From NCBI GenBank assembly GCA_964016885.1, contig OZ024741.1, positions 286,130,001-286,194,000 on the forward strand: DNA of 64,000 nt, given 5' to 3'. The notes under the pieces were generated by a model that saw only the letters and a program-made list of their open reading frames with translations, was not told the DNA's origin and made no database searches. This document shows, in pieces, positions 30,071-45,756 of this stretch. Origin of the DNA: Eledone cirrhosa. Taxonomy: Eukaryota. The position numbers were made by a program, and so were the translations under genes. How positions within the stretch are numbered: position 1 is the stretch's first letter; each line of letters starts with the position of its first letter.

Positions 30071-30474
30071 CTAGACATTTTTATGTTTGACTAAATATTA
30101 AATTCTTTATTGTTTCTATATAATTTCATCCTAGAAATATATTTCAGTATTTTGAAATAAAATAATTTGACCAATTTCTTAAATAACATTTAATCGGATA
30201 TCACAACGACCTCCATCAATCAAGCCTGAACTGTAACAATAGGTTAAAACGATAGATCGGCAGCCATGTTCTTAACTTTGCCACTGTTGTTTCAACTATT
30301 AGAATCCACTGTTCATTTTGATAGAGTAAGTGCCAGTGATATTTTGGGGATTGATTCAAAGAACTTATGTCCCCCACCTCCGCCCGTAAAGTAAACTAAA
30401 TACTAAGAAACTTTAATTCACCTGAATGCACTTTCATCGATTTCGGGGAATAGTGTTCTAGTTGTTTGATTAAT

Positions 30475-30885
30475 GGATCAGCCTGTTCATGAAATTTATG
30501 TGTAAGTGACTGAGTATGCCACAGACACGTGTAGATTTAGCATAAATCTCATGACGATTCACATTTTGTGACCAAGCTGGCTCTTTAAATTACTCGTACT
30601 CTCCATATAACGGGCTTCTAATCAGTTTCCCCTCTACTAAATTTCAACTGCAAGGCATGGGTTGAACCGAGCTATGGTAAATTATATTTGCCCATGATTT
30701 CGCGCAGTGGGATTGAACACGGGATTTAATGATAGTGGAGCGAACTTCTTAACCAACTTGGAATGTTTCGCCCACATTAGGATAATTCAAGACAGTAATA
30801 ATTGGCACAAGGCCAAGAATTATCCCAGTGCATTACTGGTACTGTATTTTATCATCGACCCCGTAAGGATGAAAGGCAAAGTTTA
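30475..30885. mobile_element. Cluster of decayed SINE fragments
   Basis: 30475-30600 related to 2300-2550; 30610-30755 has GGGATTGAAC reverse box B; 30800-30885 subfamily A tail. Confidence 0.55.
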
Positions 30886-31025
30886 TGAAAACAAGGAACC
30901 TGCTTGTCGAAATAAACAAACTAGTCAACGATACGCCATCAGCCAGGGACATCTGTGAAATGGTCATAACATTTTCGCAGGAGAAACACCCCAATCAGTT
31001 ATATATATATATAAATATATATATA

Positions 31026-31088
<63 letters not shown>

Positions 31089-31185
31089 TATATATATATA
31101 CATATATTAATCGCACAGTCACACGTCTTAAGCCACGTGCCTTCGCACATATAATTATGTTTATATATATATATATATATATATA

Positions 31186-31384
31186 TCCCGGGTTTAATCG
31201 GGGGTTACCATAGTAAGGTACTCAATACATAGTAGAGTATATACAATGTTTAAAATAGAATTTAATATAGAAATGGATTCTACAGGACGAGCAGCGTTTC
31301 ATTCAAAGAAAATTATCAGGGCTCTCCTGATGATTTCCTTGGAATGAAAGAGTTCTAGTCCTGTAGAACCCATTTCTATATTAG
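31186..31384. mobile_element. Fold-back family A; HHR at 31319-31371 with stem III mismatch
   Basis: CTGATGATTTCCTTGGAATGAAAGAGTTCTAGTCCTGTAGAACCC and inverted arm. Confidence 0.85.
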
Positions 31385-31610
31385 ATATATATATTTATAT
31401 ATGTAAAGGGCGGTGCTCCTGCATGGCCTCAGCCGGATAGCTGGAAGGGGTGAAAGAGTAAAACAGTATATATACATATGCGTGTTTTGTGTGTGTACCT
31501 GCAACTATATGTGTATGAGTACATATATATATATTTATATGAATAATTATATATATATTATATTATATTACATTATATATTCATATACACTTGCATGTAT
31601 ATCTATGTAC

Positions 31611-31697
<87 letters not shown>

Positions 31698-31746
31698 TTA
31701 CATATACGTACTCACATACGCATGTGTGTGATTAAATACATGCACA

Positions 31747-31796
<50 letters not shown>

Positions 31797-31908
31797 TATG
31801 TATGTATGTGTGTATATATAAGTATATATATATATATATTATATATATATGTATATACATATATATATATGTATATATATATGCCTATATATATGTGTGT
31901 GTATAGAT

Positions 31909-31951
<43 letters not shown>

Positions 31952-32765
31952 CAAACTCTCACAGGATATCCCAAGTGTAAAGTGTATAGAAGTAAAGAGG
32001 TTTTCTTAATATTTCAAACCTGACATACTTATATGAGACATTATAGAAGCATGTTTGTGCGTATGTGTATGTATGCATGTGTATGCGTGTGTATCCGTGT
32101 GTCTGTATTTTGCCATGTGTTTGTATCGATCCGTCCATTCTCTATCAATTATATACGGATTTCATAACTTTATCTCACTTCTTTTATAGGGTTTCCCTTA
32201 AAAGGCAATGAGTAAATAATATATCCAACTTTATTTACTGTTGCTGTTGTTTCTACTACTTTTACTCTCATGTGCCTCTCGGATGTGCTCCATATTAAAT
32301 ATATTTGTTTACATATATAACAAAACTTAATTTAATCAGCTAAATCAATGAACATATTGATTATTCTTTAGATGGATAATTTAAGGAAATTGTCACATTA
32401 TAAAATTCATTATATCTTTTGTGTCTCTACATATTGGTCATCGGCGATAAAGCTTTTTATTTGAAACCAACCAAAATTAAATAAAATATATTCTCGTTAA
32501 GTAGTGATCCTATACAACGGGCAGTTAGCATAGTTTTCATATTATATACATATATAAACTGCAAAAATTAATTAAGTCAAATCAATGTACACCCTCGTTT
32601 GAAAGTAGTTTCTATATAACAAACATTATGTGAAAATGTACATGTAATATATATATATATATATATATGATATGTAATGCAAGGACGATTTGTTAAGTCT
32701 TCATTAGGTTTATAGATTGGTGACGCGCGTTTCCCTGGATGTATATATATGTATATATGCATATA

Positions 32766-32808
<43 letters not shown>

Positions 32809-32840
32809 GTTTATACATATATTTATGTATATATGCATTT

Positions 32841-32889
<49 letters not shown>

Positions 32890-32906
32890 CTCTCTCTCTC
32901 TGTGTA

Positions 32907-32992
32907 TCCCGGGTTCAATCGGGAGTAACCACAGTAAGTGAGGTACTTCGAATGAAACAGTTCTAGTCCTGTAGAAGCCATTTCTATATTAA

Positions 32993-32995
<3 letters not shown>
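32907..32995. mobile_element. Rearranged family A fragment
   Basis: Inverted tail joined directly to GAATGAAACAGTTCTAGTCCTGTAGAAGCC. Confidence 0.75.
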
Positions 32996-33045
<50 letters not shown>

Positions 33046-33046
33046 A

Positions 33047-33091
<45 letters not shown>

Positions 33092-33128
33092 AATATGTAT
33101 ATATATATATATTTATATATATATATAT

Positions 33129-33167
<39 letters not shown>

Positions 33168-33173
33168 AATATG

Positions 33174-33204
<31 letters not shown>

Positions 33205-33223
33205 ATATATTTATATAAATATG

Positions 33224-33254
<31 letters not shown>

Positions 33255-33606
33255 ATATATACACATATATATATATGTGTGTGTGTGTGTGTATGCATGT
33301 ATGTATATATATATGTATATATATATATATCCACGTTACATTTCTTTTAACGGATTGGCATTATACAATGGACAATCAATGAACATACTTTTTAGTCTAT
33401 ATAATTGTCAGTGTTTACAAAAATATGTTTAATATCGCTTACCTTGTTGATGCTAGTGGTTAGCCGTTTTCGATGTGGATAACCCGAAATATATATAATC
33501 TCACCCGGAATGCTTCAATTTCATTTATCGATTCCAGTTTAATTTTTTTATAATATGTATTTCTGTCTTGAGGATATATCTATGTATACGTGTACATATA
33601 TGTGTA

Positions 33607-33660
<54 letters not shown>

Positions 33661-34519
33661 GGTGTGTGTGTGTGTGCGTATATATATATATATGTGTGTG
33701 TTTCTATCTAATAATATATTTTCTCTTCAATATTGTGGTATTTTAAATATTAGTATATTTTTTATATATAATACCTTTTCCTGTGTGCAACATTTAACTT
33801 TTTTTTTTATGTTATTACCGTTGTTGTTTTATTGCTGTTGCTGTGTCGCCAAGGATATTCTTGTAGTTTTTGATACAGTTGGTTGTTGTTATTGTTGTTT
33901 TTGTTGTTGTTGTTGTCCTGCTGCGTCTGCTGCTGCTGCTACGGTTGTTATCAAGTTTAAATTGTGTCCAGTTGTTTGATAAATCATACAGATAAACTAT
34001 GATGGTGCTTGCTACAGAAAAACACTATATACAAACGAAAAAGTATTCTTTTTTTATGTTGTTTTTGTTGATGTTATTGTTATTATTATTATTGTTATTA
34101 TTATTGTTGTTGTTGTTATTAATATTGTTGTTGTTGTTGTTGTTTTTTTTGTTGTTGTTTTTGTTTTTGTTGTTGTTTTTGTTGTTGTTGTTGTTATTAT
34201 TATTACAATGTTTATTACCTAGTAGAAAAAGGCTATAGAAATTGCTTCCGTTTTTCTAAACTTCACGTTTCATCTAGTTAGGCTTTAATCTTTTTTGTTT
34301 CTTTCTTTCTTTTGTATATTTTTTCTGTTTCTTATACTAAAGCCTGATTTTTAAATTGTTGGTGTTGAGTGGTCTGATAACATGGGTTGTTAAGAGACCC
34401 AATGCAATGCACTACATAGATAGATAAAATCAGATAGACTAACAATATTTATAGAAGTTAAACTAAGTGTGTATATATATATATATACAGAGAGAGAGGG
34501 GGGGGAGATATAGGTAGAT

Positions 34520-34554
<35 letters not shown>

Positions 34555-34573
34555 GAGATAGATAGATAGATAA

Positions 34574-34604
<31 letters not shown>

Positions 34605-35454
34605 TTGATAGATAGATATTGATAGATAGATAGAAATGTGTGTATGTGCGCGTCAGTGGGTGTATGTTGTATGCATGTAAGTAAGTATATATATATATAT
34701 ATATATATAATAGACTTGGGCTAGTTGTTTCTTCCTTGTTAAAGTATTAGAAAGTATGTTGTGCCTGGATTAGAATAAGATAGAGAGTTGGTGGAGTGAG
34801 AGACGCCAGATGTTTGCTATTGGAACAGTAGAGTATCATCAGTCGGAATCGGTGATTGTTGTTGTATAAGCATATTTTCCTGGCTTGTCCCGCAAGGTTA
34901 GTAAAAAATTATTCCGTGTAAAATCGAAGTGCTACTGATGTCGGGGAAAGAATCTTATGTTTTTTTTATTTATTTTATTTTTACTTTATTTTATTTTACT
35001 TTATTTATTTATTTTATATGTAGTCAATCCCGACAGAGACAGCAGAGTTTAATAAACGTCGCCAATCATGGATATTGGGTAAAGGAAAGCGAGTTGTTCC
35101 GCTTTAAACTACACTACACTACACAACAGTTGCTGGCTTTTGCTTGCGGTCGCTTTCGTTAACAACTCTGAGAGACGTTGCACCAATGCCGGCGTTACCG
35201 CTGGTGCCGACGATGCCACGCTGGTGCTGATGTTGCGATATTATTTCAAGAACCTGAAACTATAACAATATACTGTCAAACAGACAATCGCATTACATAA
35301 ACACAGGGACACGCTCACTCATGCTCGCACATAAACGCACTGTCGTACAAACGTATACATCGTCCCACAAATCAATGCACAGACACATACGCGCACACAG
35401 ACACAACGTAATCTTAAATAATTATTTCTTTATGTTTGTGTGTGTATGAGTGCC

Positions 35455-35562
<108 letters not shown>

Positions 35563-35971
35563 CGTGCGTGTGTTATATATGTTTGTGTGACAATACAATT
35601 ACACGTGCATTGAGATACGCATTCATACTGACACACGTATGTACATGTTTGTATACAACCTTGTACACATGTTTGCAAATACATGATAAATAAAAAAAGT
35701 AGCCGGCTACTGACGTTCACACATACACACTTTAAAGTTGTCTGATGCACAAACCATTGCATGGGTGTACTCTTTATTTATGAAAATGTAAGTATATATA
35801 CGTGAGATAGTATGGGAACGAAGGTGTCTTTAGTAAGCAAGCATCAGTCGATAAATACATATATTCATACATACACATACACACAGATATATATATTTCT
35901 ATACGTATGTATGTATGAATATATATATATGTATGTATATATGTATGCAGGTATGTATATGTATATATATA

Positions 35972-36060
<89 letters not shown>

Positions 36061-36075
36061 ATATATATATATATA

Positions 36076-36160
<85 letters not shown>

Positions 36161-36165
<5 letters not shown>

Positions 36166-36322
36166 AACCGGTAAGACCCCGACGGCTGAGCTCAAGCCGT
36201 TTCGAAACGGCTTGAGCTCAGCCGTCGGGGTCTTACCGGTTCCTATTACCCGCTCTACTACCCCAAGTATTGAGTACTTTGGTGCGTTATGGTCCACCTG
36301 GTTCCTTACCACATTTCCTTCG

Positions 36323-36325
<3 letters not shown>
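36161..36325 (+). mobile_element. Fold-back family B (perfect 86-bp palindrome plus tail)
   Basis: 36161-36246 palindrome with apex TTTCGAAA. Confidence 0.9.
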
Positions 36326-36401
<76 letters not shown>

Positions 36402-36654
36402 TAATAATAATACATACATATATACATACAAATATATATACAAACATAGAATATATATGTATGCATTTATTCAAAAAAACACAAACACACGCGCCCACAA
36501 ATATATATATATATATGATGCACCTAATTCTATTTGTATACATAGTTTGTGTATATTATACCTCTATACACATTCACTTTTTTCAATATACCCATCTATT
36601 CATTTCATTCTCTCTCTTTCACGCTTCTTCTTTCTCATGTTCTCACACTTTCTT

Positions 36655-36792
<138 letters not shown>

Positions 36793-37150
36793 AAGAGGGA
36801 GAGAGAGAGAGTGAGAAAGAGTGAGGACATGAGACAGAAGAAGCGTGAAATGCACTCTGTAAGTGTATGTATGTATGTATGTATGTATAAGTGAATGTAT
36901 CTATGTATATATATATATATTATATATATATATTTGTATACACACACACACACATATATATATGCATAGATACATTCACTTATGTATGTATATATACATA
37001 CATACATACATACACTTACATGCGTGTATTTGAATATGCTGGGACTATGTATGTTTTGTGTGACTGTGTATGTCTGCAATATGTATGTGTGTATAAATAT
37101 AAATATATATATATTGGGGTCCTGACTCTTTTCATATATATATATATGTG

Positions 37151-37285
<135 letters not shown>

Positions 37286-38260
37286 GCCTGTGTGTCTGTG
37301 TGTTTTGTAATTGATTTTTCTGTCTATGTGATAGCAGTTTCTCTCTTACCACCATAACTGTAACACAACTTTCATCACAATCTTTGTTTCAGTGCTTTGA
37401 ACCACTCGTTATCCCTGTTCAACCATTTCTATGAGACAACTTCTTTCACAGTTCATTCTTCACTACTATTAAACAACGTCCGTCATAGGTTGCTACTACC
37501 ATTATGAAAGAACGTCTGTTACAGTCTTATTACAACTGTAATATGCAATGTCTGCCAAAACCCTGTCAAGTAATGTATGTCCTTCAATGTCTGTCATATT
37601 ACGTGTCATAAAACGTCCGTCGCAAAACGTATGTCAGACAGCCTTCTTTACAAGCCGGTCTCCGACACTTATATAAGGTCTTTCACATTCCTTTGCTAAT
37701 CATTTATAAACTTCTGTACCACAAAGTCGTCCCTATCCTACTATCTCCATTTTCACATTACAGCGTTCCCTCGCCATCCATTACGCATGTCACATAACAG
37801 CCATCCTCCCCCTCCTGAGACATAACAGCTATCCCTCTCCATCTATCGCTCCTGTCATCTAACGGCCGTGCCTTCTGATGAAAGCCCAACTTGTCCCACG
37901 GATATAGTACTCTCCCAACTTCTTCATATTCTTTACCAAATTACACTCACAATATATATCGGATCTAGCTGTCAAAACGGCCGGAGCTCAGCCGTCGGGA
38001 TCCGTATGTATGTATGTATATATATATATATATATATATACAATATATTCTAAAATGGAAACTATATTTATAAAACCATATTTATTTCATTATACATATG
38101 TCAAGGGCCACCAAGGTAGATTATGGTGCGCTTTCATCAGATAAAATATAATACAGATTAGTTTTATAAATAAATATTGACATACCCTGAAAAAATGCAA
38201 CCTTACCGGTTGGAGCTTCCTGGGTAGCTTGTTGTATCCCAACAAATTAAATATAACCTC

Positions 38261-38312
<52 letters not shown>

Positions 38313-38315
<3 letters not shown>

Positions 38316-38494
38316 CGAAGGAAATGTGGTAAGGAACCAGGTGGACCATAACGCACCAAAGTACTCAATACTTAGGGTAGTAGAGTGGGTAATAGGAACG
38401 AGTAGGACCCCGACGGCTGAGCTCAAGCCGTTTCGACTCGTCCAGAATTAGCCGTCGAAACGGCTTGAGCTCAGCCGTCGGGGTCCTACTCGTT

Positions 38495-38498
<4 letters not shown>
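38313..38498 (-). mobile_element. Fold-back family B
   Basis: Near-identical to 45190-45381. Confidence 0.9.
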
Positions 38499-38581
<83 letters not shown>

Positions 38582-38588
<7 letters not shown>

Positions 38589-39032
38589 AAAGTAAGTCCA
38601 TAGAATCATTTGATAAAATCAAAGTTAGAAGAAAAAGTGTACATAAACGTACCAAAATCATGTTTCATTTTGGTATGTTTATGTACATTTTTTCTTCTAA
38701 CTTTGATTTTGTACCTAATTGTGTATGGTTAGCTATATGTCTAGTCAATTTCTACGGGCCATTAGAAATACTAGGTAAATCTTCTGTGGCTGTGGAACGC
38801 GGATAAAATAGCGATCATTTAGTTATCTATTGTTTCTTCATAGGTACATTTTAAACTTATAGCCTCGTTTAATTGATTTTTTGTGTGGTTGATTATGCGG
38901 ATGGGAGAAGAAATACTGTATATATTTTATCAAATGATTCTATGGACTTACTTTCTTATATATTGCTCTGATTGTTGATTTATCTAATTAATTAATTCGT
39001 CATTGAGCCACACCGTGAATGGTTGCCAAAAA
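38582..39032 (+). mobile_element. Fold-back element with discontinuous inverted 5' arm
   Basis: 38582-38619 inverse of 38924-38961; 38614-38659 inverse of 38668-38710; TA flanks. Confidence 0.75.
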
Positions 39033-39365
39033 CATATATATATATATATATATGGCTCTGTCTAGTTTATGTATATGTAAACCTCTATATTATATATATA
39101 TATATCCAAATTATTTGTCGAGCAATATTGGCCAAGACTGCTGCTATGGTAGCAGGCAGGCCGCTGTCTTCTTAACAAACCACTGTCCACTGATTGACCT
39201 CGATGTCACGTGATTAATTCTTTTTGAATTTGCCACCGACGCAGTAGGCAGTGATTTTTCAATGGCTAGGAATTCAGTCCACGCTTTGCTATTTTCTATC
39301 CAATGAATTATTTTTGTATAAGTTTCCAGAGTCCACGCTTTGCCTGGATACTTAGCTGAGAATAG

Positions 39366-39447
39366 ACTTCCCTGACGACGAAATGATTCTCTATATTTTC
39401 TTCGGAAAGTATATTTATTCCATTTCAGAAACTAATTAGTTGGGAGT
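39366..39447 (+). ncRNA. Type I hammerhead ribozyme
   Basis: ACTTCC-CTGACGA-C GAAATG...CATTTC A-GAA ACTAATTAGT T-GGGAGT; palindromic stem III, GUU site. Confidence 0.75.
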
Positions 39448-39492
39448 GAAATTTTAGTAAGTAAGTTAATTTTATAATTTTCTTATTTTACG

Positions 39493-39538
<46 letters not shown>

Positions 39539-39539
39539 G

Positions 39540-40820
39540 AAGAAGCTACCTTACATAGCTGCTACAACACTACAACTGGGTGTACTGAAACAACTGCTAG
39601 ACAGCGCACATGTGGACGTGATATATCTTGACTTTGCGAAGGCATAACTGGAAAAGTAGGTGAGTGGTTGCATGACTTCTTAAAAGACAGAAGCCAGACA
39701 GTTGCAGCAAATGAGGCCCCCTCAAAGGAAACATCAATAACAAGTGGGGTGCCCCAGGGCACAGAATTGAGACCACTACTATTTTTGGTGGCTCTCTCAG
39801 ACATGCCCTCTGTCGTCCATACAACCTCCCTCACTAGCTATGCTGATGACACTAAGTAGGTAGACAGGCAATCAAAAACCCGGCTGACGCTGCCCTTTTA
39901 CAACAAGATCTGGATGCCACATACAAATAGGCTGAAGAAATGCACTTTAATGCTGGAAAATATCAAGCCTTACAATACAAACCTGCAATCACAAATACAG
40001 TACAACACGGCTACACCTGACCAGGAGGGATCGAAATTCCCGTGTGGAATTCGATACGAGACCTGGGAATAGACATGAGCGACGATGCATCTTTTTCCTC
40101 ATACATCATGAAGGCAACCATAATACGCAGACGACTCGCTAGGTGGATCTTGAGGACTTTCCGGACAAGAGACCGAGACACCATGTTGACACTATGGAGG
40201 ACATTTGTCCTAAGACGCCTGGGCTATTGCTCCCAGCTGTGGTCACCCCATAACATCAAACTAACCACGGAGCTGGCGGCAATCCAGCGAAGCTACACCA
40301 AGAGGATTGCGACGATGAAGGAGATAAGCTACTGAGAGAGGCTAAAAGAATTGAACCTCTACTCCTTGGAACGAAGACGGGAGAGATACGCAGTGATATA
40401 CATGTGGAAAATCCTGGAGGGACTAACACCAAACTTTGGCATTGGGAGCTGGACCAAACCCCAGAACAGGACGTCACTGTGTGGTGCCAAAGGTCCCGTC
40501 TTCCACATCTAGAATAAGGAGCAGATATTGCAATAGATTGGGGTTCAAGGGCCCTCAACTCTTCAGCAAGCTGCCGAGGGATTTGAGAGATCTGCATGGT
40601 GTGGAAGTGGATGTCTTCAAGAAACATCTCGACACCATGCTATCCAGGATCCCGGATGAGCCCACAGCACGACACGGGGGAAACCTAAGGGCAGCAGCAA
40701 CGAACTCCCTCTTGCACCAGTGGCCAACCAATACAAGCTGGAGATAGAATGTGTAGCATCAAAGGCGGTGGCGCAGCATGGCTTCAGCCGGATGGCTGGA
40801 ACAGGTAAAAGAGTAAAAGA

Positions 40821-40822
<2 letters not shown>
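39540..40822 (+). mobile_element. CR1-group LINE, 5'-truncated and decayed
   Basis: SGVPQGTELRPLLF, SYADDTK, RDLGI, LGYCSQLWSPH, LYSLERRRER; 3' end GTAAAAGA repeats then (TA)n. Confidence 0.85.
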
Positions 40823-40899
<77 letters not shown>

Positions 40900-41296
40900 T
40901 ACCAATGTACTTGAGTAAAATTCTATATCATGTAGAAGCCGATCTCCTGTTTTGGGGCAAAAGAATCTAGAGGTTTCCATAGACCTCGTATAAAGTCGAC
41001 CCTAGTATTTCCCGGTAACAGGTGGGTCAATGTATCATCCTGGACGCAGAAATAACATTGTTACAAAATGAAACAAAGAAATTGTTACTCCCTAATCTAC
41101 CCATGAAGAAGACAGCGTTTTGGTGGAAGATGGTGGAAGAGAATGTTAGTGTTATTGCGTTTCTACATCTTTTATCAGTTTTGGTATTTAACACCTTAAG
41201 TTGCACTGAATTAATTGTAAATAAAAATGCACCACTAATATGCTATATCATAACACACATGTGATGTGTGTGACTTTAACCACGAATATGAAAGTA

Positions 41297-41468
41297 ATTG
41301 TTTCTACTTTTGTTACAAGGCCAGCAATTATCCCTGTGCATTACTGGTCCTTTATTTTATCGACCCCGTAAGGAGTAAAAATAAAGTTGACCTCGGCGGG
41401 ATTTGAACTAAGACCATAAAGGGACGTAACTATATGCTACAAAGCATGGCGACCAACCCTCTACCGAT
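41297..41468 (-). mobile_element. SINE subfamily A
   Basis: Reverse complement of 7125 copy. Confidence 0.8.
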
Positions 41469-42037
41469 TGGAGAGTTGGGATGCAAAACACGTCGAGCAG
41501 ATATCGGCCATGTGCACAATAATACGGGTAGATATATTACTCATGGTAATATGCAGTAATAATAAGATATAAATTGATTGCACTAAGCTAGTCTGTTAAC
41601 TTTGATAGATACGGGTAAAAGAGCAGCGTGCAGATATATATAAGCGCCACGCAGCCTTACTTATGGATTCTGTTATTTACTAGGACGTATGTTCTAATAC
41701 ATAGAATCGGTAATATTACTGTAATTCATTGCGCTTTAGCTTTTACTCGTTTAGAGACATTTGGATTCTAGCTTGAATTCCAAGCCCTTCAAAAGTAGTA
41801 TCCATGTAATAGTTGACCCGATAAATTTAACCTTAAGAAATGGGGAAAAAAATTCGATTTTACGTGATTATATACAATATGGCTATGCATCAAAACGTGT
41901 GTTTTGGTGCATAGTCACAGATGCTTTGAGAAAGCAACACCAAATATTAGCCCTGGGCAGATCAATGAATTGAAACAGCAGGAAATAATTTATATTTCTC
42001 CATCGTGCTTTTCTGGAATTTTTTTGTTCAACTTCCA

Positions 42038-42096
42038 GCTGTCTGATGAGGTCATAACTGTTGCGTAACAGTTATCACCATAATATATATAACAGC
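42038..42096 (+). ncRNA. Degenerate hammerhead ribozyme (GAAA mutated to ATAA)
   Basis: GCTGT-CTGATGA-GGTCATAACTGTT GCGT AACAGTTATCACC-ATAATATATATA-ACAGC. Confidence 0.6.
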
Positions 42097-42261
42097 AGTT
42101 ATGAATAAATGAAGTAAGTTCTAACCTGTTGACTTGTACTTCATGATTATAATTATACTCCGGAGTAAACAGACCCACTTGTCTACTTCGTCCAGGGCTC
42201 TATCCCACTACATACAATAGTGTCGGTTATTAACTAACTCATACTTTACCATATATATATA

Positions 42262-42594
<333 letters not shown>

Positions 42595-42922
42595 GGAGTG
42601 TAACTTGGAGTTACTGTAGGTTCACCCAGACGAGCACTCGATGTTTAGGTTCAATTCAGTGTCGAGGTGTAGAGCTAGACAGAGTGTATTATAATGAAAT
42701 AAAATAACAAGGACGATTGGTTACTCTTTCATTACGTTTATTGGTTGGTCACGCGCGTTTCCCTGGATATATATATATATGTATATATATATCGAGGGAT
42801 ATGCCACTGATCAGCTCAAGGTTCGATCTGTATCAATCTATCCCGAATCTGTAATCTGCGGCTCATCAGACCACTTATAATGGTAATTACCATGTTATTT
42901 TATTTCACTATATATATATATG

Positions 42923-43452
42923 TATAGCTATATATATATATGAATGTATATATAGTGTATTTTGCAATACACTGTATGCTTAATTAAAAGCATTTCCAAG
43001 TGAGTCTGTAACTACTCTTAAACAATAGAATAAGGTCTTCGAAATGCTTTTAATTAAGCATACAGTGTATTGCAAAATACACTATATATACATTCATATA
43101 TATATAGCTATTTCAGAGCACCAATTCTAATTTTCAATTTCGGCTTGACCGGCAACCGCTCTCTATAATCAGTTCCTGATTATTTACTAGAATTCTATAA
43201 GAACCAAACGTCCATGTTTTCAGCAAACAGGAGGAGTAGTTGGCTTTGATAAGCATCAATAAATGCGAAACAAGGCCTTGTCAGCTTTATGTCCCCTGTT
43301 TGCTGAAAATTAAAGTAAGTGAGTCTGTCACTACTCTAATACAATAGCATAAGGTCTTCGAAATGCTTTTAATTAAGCATACAGTGTATTGCAAAATACA
43401 CTATATATACATTCATATATATATAGCTATTTCAGAGCACCAATTCTAATTA
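42923..43452 (+). mobile_element. Retrozyme-like element: inverted 5' arm plus 1.4 copies of a 319-nt unit
   Basis: AAGTGAGTCTGT at 42998 and 43317; 42923-42996 inverse of 43041-43110. Confidence 0.88.
43217..43309 (+). ncRNA. Type I hammerhead ribozyme with U3-A8 core and extended stem I
   Basis: GGCT-TTGATAA-GCAT CAATAA ATGC-GAAACAAGGCCTTGTC-AGCT, closed by 15-bp TTTTCAGCAAACAGG/CCTGTTTGCTGAAAA. Confidence 0.8.
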
Positions 43453-43458
43453 TAAATA

Positions 43459-43947
<489 letters not shown>

Positions 43948-43948
43948 A

Positions 43949-44004
<56 letters not shown>

Positions 44005-44010
44005 TTATTT

Positions 44011-44069
<59 letters not shown>

Positions 44070-44070
44070 A

Positions 44071-44125
<55 letters not shown>

Positions 44126-44146
44126 TATTTATATATATAGAGAGAT

Positions 44147-44177
<31 letters not shown>

Positions 44178-44246
44178 TATTTAAATTTAGATTTTAATTT
44201 TAAAATTTTAAAATTTTAATTTTAATTTTATTTATTTATTTAATTT

Positions 44247-44286
<40 letters not shown>

Positions 44287-44847
44287 TTACATTTAATTAC
44301 ATTTAATTATACATATAATTAGAATTATACATTTGATTTTAATTTTAATTTAGTCTATGTTATTTGATTTTAGTTTACCTTATTTTATCTTATTTTACGA
44401 TTATACTATATTATGTTCTATGTATATAATTTTTAATTTTTAATTGTATATTATTTTATCTCATTCCTTATCCTATATTTTATATTTTATATGTAAGTTT
44501 GTTATGTATTTCTTTGTATTTCTTTTTATATATATTATAAGTCTGTTTTTTACCTATTTTTTACCTATTTTTTACCTACTCTTACCTAATCCCATTATCT
44601 TATCTACTCTTGTCTGTTCTCTTATCCATGTGTCTACTCTTGTCTGTTCTCTTATCCATGTGTATGCTTGTATGTAACTATATGTTGACAGCACACCGCC
44701 CAACTGTGACTGATAGCACCCCTTATTTTTATTTTTATTTTTACTTTTATTTTTATTTTTATTCTTATCCTCTATCGTCTATTATTACCTTTCATTCTTC
44801 AATGTCTTGGATTTGTTATTGCTTGTATGGTATGTAATTAACCTTTA

Positions 44848-44893
44848 TGCTCTGATGAGTCCCACTTATAGTGTGGATGAAACAATGTTAGCA
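44848..44893 (+). ncRNA. Type I hammerhead ribozyme at the 3' end of a PLE-like UTR (~44400-45035)
   Basis: TGCT-CTGATGA-GTCCCAC TTATA GTGTGGAT-GAAACA A TGTT-AGCA. Confidence 0.8.
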
Positions 44894-45037
44894 AGTAAAG
44901 ATATGCATATGCTATAAGCGTTCTTTGTTATTTATTTATTATATTACGGCTCTGTCCTCAGACATTGAGCTAACCTCATACTGCCTGCTGGATAAGTGGA
45001 GTGTTATACACCCCTGATCCTTTCCCTAGCATACTAT

Positions 45038-45068
<31 letters not shown>

Positions 45069-45072
45069 AATA

Positions 45073-45427
<355 letters not shown>

Positions 45428-45664
45428 CCTATAATGAAACGAGACGTCCGTCTGGGAAGAGATATATTCGATATGTCTCATATGAAATAATACAGCCAAT
45501 TTTCCACACAATACATTTAGTTAGCACCCCGAACGCTTAATTAGGAATATACTCACTTATTTCCTAATGTTTGTTGAGTGAGTTGGAATTTGGCCGGAGT
45601 ATCGCTAAAAAGCTTTCTCCGATAATGTATTTATATATATATATATATTATATATATATATATA

Positions 45665-45756
<92 letters not shown>

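Noticed and set aside
34780-35280. Relatively GC-rich unique stretch as promoter or first exon
   Set aside because: No convincing ORF, splice pattern or known motif
37330-37950. Degenerate ACAAC/GTCAC-rich periodic region and CTGATGA at 37874
   Set aside because: No clear unit; no GAAA or stems to complete a hammerhead
41990-42210. Possible minus-strand exon (AG...WDRALDEVDKWV...GT)
   Set aside because: Weak acceptor and adjacent to a decayed HHR element on the other strand
42795-42895. Minus-strand CTGATGAG preceded by a hairpin (type III HHR?)
   Set aside because: No GAAA and poor stems II and III
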